In this document: in pieces, positions 9,183 to 15,877 of the stretch
How the letters are laid out: the number at the start of each line of letters is the position of its first letter
Position numbering within the stretch: the stretch's first letter is position 1
Source: Promethearchaeota archaeon
GTDB taxonomy: Archaea; Asgardarchaeota; Lokiarchaeia; Sigyniarchaeales; SOKP01
NCBI GenBank assembly: GCA_048940925.1
Contig: JBHLOC010000041.1
Coordinates: forward strand, 23,965-42,558
Reading direction: 5' to 3'
Length of the DNA: 18,594 bases
Made by a program: the position numbers and the translations under genes
Notes under the pieces: model-generated
What the model was told of the DNA's origin: nothing
Databases searched by the model: none
The model's input: the letters and a program-made list of their open reading frames with translations, nothing else

Positions 9183-9805
9183 TTATTCACTTTCATATTC
9201 TTTAAGTATATCGCCAAAAAGACGTTTTACAGCATCAATACGAGTCTCTTCTCCAATTTGTTCAACGTTTTTCAAGCTTATGGCTTCTTTCGGGCAAACT
9301 AAGATACATTGGGGCTCTTTGATACCAGTTTCTTCATCAATAAATTCATCTTTCATATTTTCACAGAGATCACATACCAACGCTTTTTGGGAATCTAAAT
9401 GCAAGCTAATTACGCCAAAATCGCAGGCTCTCTTGCTAATGTATGCGATTTGCTAATGCATTTTATGCAGAACCCGCAACCGTTACACTTATCATCATCC
9501 ACGATAATTGATCCTGTTTCTGGGTCTTGTTCTAATGCTTTTTCAGGACAACTACGAATACATGGTGCATCTTCACATTTCTGACAAGCCAGAGCTATAT
9601 TAAACACTGGTTCAATTCGTATACGATGAATCCTTGCATTAATAGGGTTAAATTCACCATCATGTACAAAAGAGCATACGGATTCACATGTCTTACGCTT
9701 TTTGGGAAATCCAAATAGAGTTTCGCACCCCGTACACAGATTTGGATCAACAATAATGAATTGGTGGACTTTGCCACCTCGCTTTTTAGTTCCTATTTTT
9801 GACAT
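9183..9805 (-). CDS. 4x[4Fe-4S] electron-transfer subunit (DmsB/CooF/AorA-like) of the adjacent AOR; three exons 9805-9722, 9691-9464 and 9431-9183, giving 186 aa after splicing
   Basis: Joined product: MSKIGTKKRGGKVHQFIIVDPNLCTGCE|TCESVCSFVH...CQKCEDAPCIRSCP...CNGCGFCI|RACDFGVISLHLDSQKALVCDLC...PQCILVCPKEAI...YESE, with all 16 canonical Cys in four motifs. Merges track ORFs 9410-9805 and 9183-9404. GAGGTG RBS upstream of ATG 9805. Confidence 0.9.
9432..9463 (-). other. Candidate BHB-like intron 2, 32 nt, frameshifting
   Basis: mRNA: UUGCGGGUUC-UGCA-UA^A-AAUG...CAUU-AGCA-AG^A-GAGCCUGCGA. It has a 10-bp exon-exon stem (with G-U pairs), a central helix with 3 of 4 pairs, two 3-nt bulges and an intron stem AAUG/CAUU. 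Removal restores CNGCGFCIRACDFG and the frame. Confidence 0.8.
9692..9721 (-). other. Candidate BHB (tRNA-type) intron 1, 30 nt, in frame
   Basis: mRNA: G-UGCG-AA^A-CUCUAUUUGGAUUUCCCAAAAAG-CGUA-AG^A-C. It has a 4-bp central helix UGCG/CGUA, two 3-nt purine bulges and an intron hairpin UUUGG/CCAAA. Removal converts CTGCETLFGFPKKRKTCESVC to CTGCETCESVC. Confidence 0.75.
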
Positions 9806-9821
9806 TTTTTCACACCTCTAT

Positions 9822-11750
9822 TTATTTCTTCTTACCTCCTGCTGGTTTTAAGTTTCCAATTACAAAATCCATTCCAAGTTTCTTTAATGTTGCATCTGTT
9901 GGGATCCCTGTTTCTTTATCCCATCCTCTTGCTTCATAATATCCACTTAACAACTTCTGAAAACCATCTTCCTTTAACATTACTCCCTTTGCAGGACCTT
10001 TTGTATGTGCCGTAGTAAAAAATCTTTCAGGTGGATGATCATCAGCTCTCGTCCATCCTTCTCTGATATTGAAACATTTTGATAAAGTAACAATAGCGGC
10101 TCCTCGTAAAAGTATAGATTCTTCCGTATGCGGAATTCCAGTAACCAGTTCAAAAACTTTTGCCAATTCAGCATCGTTTTCATAAATACCTCGAGTAAAT
10201 TTACAGATAACATACGAATCTATAAGGGCATAGGGATCTTCAAGTGCGATAATTGCTTTTCCACGTTCTAATGGCTTATCATAACCAAATCTGTCAAAAT
10301 TTCCCTTAGCATCGAGCCCATATGAACCATTTCGTAAGTGACAAGCGCCTCTAATAGATACGCTTTCTCCTACTGCAAAGGTGCTCATTCCATGTAAATC
10401 AAATGCAGGCATTTCCAAGCCTTTAATGTGCATTGCATACTTACTTGCTCCTTTTCTTCCCATTTCTTCTAATTTTTCACCGGCAACTTTAGTTCCATGA
10501 CCAAATATTTCACCCGCAAAACCTTTCTCAAGAATCATTTCTTCTGTAAAACGTGCTAAATTTTTAGTGGAACCAAATGGGAGTTCATAACCAAGATCAT
10601 CTTTGGTTATCAGTCCGTCAGTAAACAAATCACATGCCATTGCAGCTGTAACTCCTCCGCTAATGGCATCAATTCCTAAGTCATCACATAAATGAATACA
10701 TTTAAATACAGTTGGCCAATCAGCATTACCACACCCTGTTCCAAATCCATATAATAATTCAATATCAACACTAGCTATGAGATTTGGCCAATCAGGATGC
10801 GTTTTAGGAATCCGAGCTAAATGATCACACCCTATAGAACATTGGGAACATGCAACTTTTTTAACAACCCAATCTTGGTTAAGGGTATCTCCTGTAAATT
10901 CTCCATTGGTGATTTTATCCCATGTACCTTCGCGATGATTAAAAGTAGGCATCATTCCAAGTTTATTATAACTAGTGAGCCCCGCAGGGGTTCCTAAATC
11001 ACGATATTTTGCTGTTGCAGGGCCATTAGCAACCTTTATTAATTTTTTAGCTAATTTATAGAATTCTTTTGGAGATGCCACCTTAATTCCTTTCGTTCCC
11101 CTAAAGCATATTGCCTTTAGATTTTTAGAGCCCATAACAGCACCCATACCAGTCCTTCCTGCTTGCCTATTTCTGTCGTTAGTAATACACGCCATATGAC
11201 TCATTCGTTCTCCTGCAGGTCCAATCGACAAAACAGCTAAACGTTGATCTTGGAAATCTTCTCTTATAATTTCTTCAGTTTCAAAAGTACCCTTACCCCA
11301 CACAGTTTTTTCACATGGAACTAAATAATAATCATCGTCATCAACAACCATGTAAACAGGTTCAGGTGATTTTTCTTTAAATACTAACATATTTACACCT
11401 GCACGACGAGCTTGGGCACCAACTGAACCAGAAGAAATTGCCATACCAAACATTCCAGTCAATGGAGATTTAGCAAAGACTCCGTATTTTGATGATGTTG
11501 GTAAGATTGTACCTGGAAAAGGACCTTGAGCATATACAAAAATATTTTCTGGACCTAGAGGATCAACACCTGGTTTTAATTCATCCCAAAGTACTTTTGC
11601 ACCAAATCCATACCCCCCAATCCAATCGCGGCAGAATTCATTGGACAATGTTGATTTTTCAATTTTCCCGTTTGCTAAATCGATATCCAGTCTTACTTGA
11701 CTAAAACCTTTTATTTCATCAGGAACAGGTATTTCTTTCGCTTTACTCAT
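9822..11750 (-). CDS. aor: Tungsten-containing aldehyde oxidoreductase (AOR/WOR family), catalytic subunit
   Basis: WIGGYGFG, KSPLTG, IGPAGE, GRTGMGAVMGSKNLKA, the CSQCSIGC...RGACH [4Fe-4S] ligands, DDLGIDAIS pterin-binding motif and YYEARGWD..TGIP C-terminus. Confidence 0.96.
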   Translation of the reverse strand: MSKAKEIPVPDEIKGFSQVRLDIDLANGKIEKSTLSNEFCRDWIGGYGFGAKVLWDELKPGVDPLGPENIFVYAQGPFPGTILPTSSKYGVFAKSPLTGMFGMAISSGSVGAQARRAGVNMLVFKEKSPEPVYMVVDDDDYYLVPCEKTVWGKGTFETEEIIREDFQDQRLAVLSIGPAGERMSHMACITNDRNRQAGRTGMGAVMGSKNLKAICFRGTKGIKVASPKEFYKLAKKLIKVANGPATAKYRDLGTPAGLTSYNKLGMMPTFNHREGTWDKITNGEFTGDTLNQDWVVKKVACSQCSIGCDHLARIPKTHPDWPNLIASVDIELLYGFGTGCGNADWPTVFKCIHLCDDLGIDAISGGVTAAMACDLFTDGLITKDDLGYELPFGSTKNLARFTEEMILEKGFAGEIFGHGTKVAGEKLEEMGRKGASKYAMHIKGLEMPAFDLHGMSTFAVGESVSIRGACHLRNGSYGLDAKGNFDRFGYDKPLERGKAIIALEDPYALIDSYVICKFTRGIYENDAELAKVFELVTGIPHTEESILLRGAAIVTLSKCFNIREGWTRADDHPPERFFTTAHTKGPAKGVMLKEDGFQKLLSGYYEARGWDKETGIPTDATLKKLGMDFVIGNLKPAGGKKK

Positions 11751-11890
11751 ACTTCACACTTAAAAATTATTAAAATATTTTGATTTGATTGTAGATACTA
11801 AAAATAAATTATCAAAATTTTAAAGGTTACTTGTTAATCCTAAAAACTCCATTGTTCAAAATTAGAAAAAAACTAAAGATAAGAAAGAAT

Positions 11891-11912
11891 AATTTGTTGA
11901 TCTTAACAAATT
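11891..11912. promoter_or_regulatory. Inverted repeat AATTTGTT-gatctt-AACAAATT between the hdrD fusion and aor (operator or terminator hairpin)
   Basis: Perfect 8-bp arms seen directly; function not determined. Confidence 0.3.
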
Positions 11913-11948
11913 CTACAAATCTGTATAAAAAAACCTTTTAAAAATAGT

Positions 11949-14711
11949 TTATGTTAAAAAGAGAAGCTTTCCAATAAAGCTAACAAGATCAATTATTGTT
12001 ATTTTATCCTTTAGCTCTTTATGTTCATTTAGATAGCAATTTAGATGAGCGATACACTTAGGGCATGCAGTAATTAAATATTCTGCCCCTGTGTCAATAG
12101 CTTGAGTAATTTTCTTTTCCTGTAAGAATTTTGAATCTTCACTGCAAGAAATATATGCTGAAACTCCACAACAATCTGCATCTTGTCTATTATCTTCCAT
12201 TTCAATTAATTCCACAGATGGTATTAATTTTAAAACCTCACGAGGAGCATCGAAAACATTGCTCATTCTTCCAAGTCTACAAGGATCATGATAAGTGACT
12301 TTAATTTTATCAAAACTGGGAAATGTTAATCCTTCAAATAGATTCTCTTTTAATATATATTCAGTAATGTGATATATTTTAAAATCAAACTCATTAGTAT
12401 CTTTAAAAAGTTTCTTATATTCATATTTCCAAGTATAATATCCCTCAGCACAGCTAAATACAATCGTATTGACTCCTGCTTCTTTAAAAAGATTAACATT
12501 ATATTTTGCTAGTTTCTCGAAATTTTCGGTGTCTCCTTGCCATAAAAGATCATGCCCACAACATTTTTCTTCACCTAAAACTACTGGGGTAATGTCACTT
12601 TGGTTCAATAATGCTATTACGCTTTTTGGTATCTCTAAATAATCTAAGGCATTAATCGAACTAAAATTTGGTTGTTCTCCATAATGACAAGTCATAATCC
12701 CTGAAGAATCAAGAGAATTATTGTAATCATCAAGAATTTGATCATAACTACAGCAGCAATTACAGTTCATGCATCTACTTGCTTCTGCGATTGCCTGCTC
12801 CTCTGTAAATCCAAGTTCTATTTCTTTAAAATTAGTAAGTCGTTCTTCGCTTGATACAAGATTGATTTTTTGTTGCAGTTCTTCATCAATCTGTTTTTTT
12901 GGAATAGGCGAACGCTTTAAATTTTCTCGTTTGATCCTACCTTTTCTTAAATCACGTCCTCTGAGATACCGATCAATTGATTCTGCAACCTCTTGGCCAT
13001 GTGCTATTGCAGTTATAGCAACCATTTTAGGATTTGGAACAATGTCTCCTCCCGCAAAAACACCAGGAATGCTTGTTTCAAAAGTGATGTCATCTATTAA
13101 GATCTTACCTCTTTCATGTTGGAGTTGATCTCCAGTAGCTGCTAAAATTGGCTCCAAATCAAGTCCTTGACCGATTGCAATAACAATTATATCAGATGTA
13201 ATTTTAAATTCTGAACCCTCCACTTTAATTAATGGTTTTCTCCCAGTATTAGGATCTGGTTCACCCCATTCAATTTTATAACAATTCAACGCTAATTTAT
13301 TTCCTGATTCTTTTGTTATCTTTGATGTTGAGGTTTTAAAATGATACTCTATTAACTCCCTCTCAGCATCATGGATATCTCTAAGTACAAGTTGAAGATC
13401 CTCTTCAGTTAATATATCTACTAAATCAACTTTCTTAGCTCCTAATCTCAGAGCAGTTTCAGCAACATCTACTGCCACAGCACCTCCACCTATGATTCCA
13501 AAAGTTTTTCCTTTATATTCATCTTTATTCTGAGGGAATTTATACTTTCGCTCAAGAAGGAAATCAATTGCAACCTGAACATTCGGTAAGTCTTCTCCCT
13601 CAAGGTGTAAAGTTTTAGGAACGTATAAACCTGTAGCTATAAATGTAGCTTTAAAACCTTCATTTTTAAGGTCTTCAAGAGTTAAACCTTGACCAAAAGG
13701 TTTATTTAATAAGATATCCACACCCATATTTTTTATAAATTCGATATCATGATCAAGGGCTTTATCAGATAATCGATATTGGGGTACACCATACCGCACC
13801 ATTCCTCCAATCTTATCTCCTTTCTCAAAAATCGTAGGTTTATATCCCTTTCTTGCGAGGAGATAGGCTGCTGATAACCCTGCTGGTCCAGCTCCTATGA
13901 TTGCCACTTTTTCTTTATCTTGTTTTACGGGCTTAATTTTGCTTAAATCAGGATTATTCATCTCCCAATCTGAAATAAAGCGCTTTAAAACTCTAATAGC
14001 AAGGGGATCATCAATATATTGACGATTGCAATTCAACGCACAGTATTCTGTACATATTCTCCCACATAAGAAAGGTAAAGGGTTGGCTTCCCTTATAAGA
14101 TCAATAGCTTCTTGAAACTTCCCTTCTGCTATTAGCGAGACATAACCTTGGACATCTACTCCAGCAGGGCAGGCACATGAACATGGAGCAATACCTGTCA
14201 TATATGGAGTACACCCCATAAAATAACCGATTTCTCCCTTATTAGCAACCTTTAAATCAGTACCTTCTAAAAAACCAAGCTTATTTGTAATTTTTATTTT
14301 TCCATTAGCCATTAAATAAGGTAAGCTAGAATATTCCCTATTATGATGACATATAAGCAATTCATCTTGCAATGGCTTATAATCAGAAGAGAGAGATCGG
14401 AGATCTTTTATAATTTGAGTAAAATTAACCCCGATATCTTCTTTAGTCATAGGACAATACTCTGAACAGAGCCCGCATGTTAAACATTTCCATATATTAT
14501 TATTCTTTAATGCTTCTTCAGGTGATAAAAATGTTAAATCTACAATTAAACTACGTGGATAAAATAGATCAAGAAATGCAGTAGGACACACCATATTGCA
14601 ACGATTACAATTATAACAATAATTAGCTGCAGCATTAACTTTCTTTATAACTTCTATTGATTCTTTACTCTCAAGTTTTTTAATTGGCTCTTTATCTTTA
14701 GAAACAGTCAT
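11949..14711 (-). CDS. HdrD-like FeS/CCG-domain oxidoreductase with an inserted GltD/NfnB/SudA-type FAD/NAD(P) module
   Basis: N-terminal CYNCNRCNMVCP and CLTCGLCSEYCP. The first CCG domain is split (GYFMGC ... EKCCG ... FSCAEG) and the second is intact (YHDPCRLGR...DCCG...TACPKC). The insert has APCSCACP, CGRICTEYC, GAGPAG, GGGAVAVDVA, FAGGD and EASRCMNC. Confidence 0.9.
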   Translation of the reverse strand: MTVSKDKEPIKKLESKESIEVIKKVNAAANYCYNCNRCNMVCPTAFLDLFYPRSLIVDLTFLSPEEALKNNNIWKCLTCGLCSEYCPMTKEDIGVNFTQIIKDLRSLSSDYKPLQDELLICHHNREYSSLPYLMANGKIKITNKLGFLEGTDLKVANKGEIGYFMGCTPYMTGIAPCSCACPAGVDVQGYVSLIAEGKFQEAIDLIREANPLPFLCGRICTEYCALNCNRQYIDDPLAIRVLKRFISDWEMNNPDLSKIKPVKQDKEKVAIIGAGPAGLSAAYLLARKGYKPTIFEKGDKIGGMVRYGVPQYRLSDKALDHDIEFIKNMGVDILLNKPFGQGLTLEDLKNEGFKATFIATGLYVPKTLHLEGEDLPNVQVAIDFLLERKYKFPQNKDEYKGKTFGIIGGGAVAVDVAETALRLGAKKVDLVDILTEEDLQLVLRDIHDAERELIEYHFKTSTSKITKESGNKLALNCYKIEWGEPDPNTGRKPLIKVEGSEFKITSDIIVIAIGQGLDLEPILAATGDQLQHERGKILIDDITFETSIPGVFAGGDIVPNPKMVAITAIAHGQEVAESIDRYLRGRDLRKGRIKRENLKRSPIPKKQIDEELQQKINLVSSEERLTNFKEIELGFTEEQAIAEASRCMNCNCCCSYDQILDDYNNSLDSSGIMTCHYGEQPNFSSINALDYLEIPKSVIALLNQSDITPVVLGEEKCCGHDLLWQGDTENFEKLAKYNVNLFKEAGVNTIVFSCAEGYYTWKYEYKKLFKDTNEFDFKIYHITEYILKENLFEGLTFPSFDKIKVTYHDPCRLGRMSNVFDAPREVLKLIPSVELIEMEDNRQDADCCGVSAYISCSEDSKFLQEKKITQAIDTGAEYLITACPKCIAHLNCYLNEHKELKDKITIIDLVSFIGKLLFLT

Positions 14712-14947
14712 CTCTATAAAAAAAACATGTATAATTTCTTAATTTACAGTTTTATTAAATTATAATTTGAATTTGAATATATCCTTTATAGAATAATTAT
14801 GAAAAATAAAAATGAGCTATTTTTTAGTAATCTTTACTCAAGTATTTTTTCCAACCCTTCTCTTCCCAAACCTTAATACTTTGCAAATTTAAAACCGATA
14901 ATCTAAAAATTTATAATTTCGTAGATTATACTAAAAGCTATATTTTA

Positions 14948-14999
14948 TGAAAATCAGACTCTGAATTTACCTTTCCTTTCCAATTTCAAAGGAAATTTG
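14948..14999 (+). repeat. Dispersed intergenic repeat, copy A (includes the TTTCCTTT/AAAGGAAA hairpin at 14972-14995)
   Basis: TCAGACTCTGAATTTACCTTTCC (14954-14976) matches 17706-17728 at 22 of 23 nt; a degenerate copy lies at 17223-17275. Confidence 0.6.
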
Positions 15000-15035
15000 A
15001 GGTTAAAGTAAACATAATTTGAAAATATCGAATCT

Positions 15036-15596
15036 TTAATATCTCAGCTTTTCATTACCTATTGTAGACTGACCACCATGCCCCGGATATATTTTAAACT
15101 CGTCTGAAATGTTCGGATAATATAAGATTTTTTTAATACTAGCGATCAAGTTATCATAATCTATAAGTTGCCTTGGAAGTCTGCCACGCATTAGTGTATC
15201 TCCAGTAAATATAAGCTTATTTTTATAATCTATCAGCATTATATCATTTCTAGTATGTCCTGGAGTTTCAATTACATAAAGATTTTCTGCTCCTATTTTG
15301 ATTACATCATTTTCCTTGATAAAATGTACATTTTCACCTTTTCTTATCCCAAAATTATTGATTAATAAAGGAATACTAAAATAATCCATGATCTCAAAAG
15401 CGCATTGAATATGGTCGTGGTGTGGATGTGTACCTATTAAATAAACCGGTTTATATCCTTCTCTATTAATGACGCTTATTACATCGTGAGAATCAATTCC
15501 AGGATCAATAATACCGATCTCTTTTGTAATTTCATCCCCAAAAAGATAACAATTAGTTCTGAATCTCCCACTCACTTCCAACCGATTTAAAATAAT
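15036..15596 (-). CDS. MBL-fold metallo-hydrolase (glyoxalase II-like)
   Basis: TNCY, IIDPG, THPHHDH, TPGHT, FTGDTL and YPGHG motifs. The ORF track starts at TTG 15581; RBS spacing favours ATT at 15594-15596. Confidence 0.9.
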   Translation of the reverse strand: MILNRLEVSGRFRTNCYLFGDEITKEIGIIDPGIDSHDVISVINREGYKPVYLIGTHPHHDHIQCAFEIMDYFSIPLLINNFGIRKGENVHFIKENDVIKIGAENLYVIETPGHTRNDIMLIDYKNKLIFTGDTLMRGRLPRQLIDYDNLIASIKKILYYPNISDEFKIYPGHGGQSTIGNEKLRY

Positions 15597-15877
15597 AATT
15601 ATTCACCGATTTATACGATATTTATAAGTTAAAGCAACTATAATTAAAACAAATAGTATTTTCAATATTAGAAATTATTCAAAATTATAGGAAATTCTAT
15701 TTCACTTTCTTTTCTGATATAATTATTACCATAATGCAGCTTATAATTTTTATACTATTAATTTTTTGTTATTATATTATTTTTAAATTTCACTAAAATT
15801 TCTTTAAAATTAGAACAAATTTCAAAAAAACTTGAAACTTGTGTCTTTATTTGTGTTTTAGGAATATCATAGACATC

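Noticed and set aside
9183-9805. Reading the FeS gene as two separate genes (131 aa + 73 aa), a simple pseudogene or a ribosomal frameshift
   Set aside because: The break is a discrete 32-nt insertion inside a Cys motif, with a second 30-nt insertion and no other decay. A frameshift alone would leave extra residues inside the motif. An assembly artefact is not fully excluded.
9399-11704. Small ORFs 9399-9584 (+), 9595-9777 (-), 9980-10213 (-) and 11489-11704 (+)
   Set aside because: Shadow or alternative-frame ORFs within the FeS and AOR genes.
12769-13128. 119-aa ORF on the plus strand
   Set aside because: Antisense shadow of the HdrD fusion.
12750-14198. The insert in the HdrD-like gene as an intein or mobile intron
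   Set aside because: No intein splice residues or homing-endonuclease motifs; it is a recognisable FAD/FeS enzyme module.
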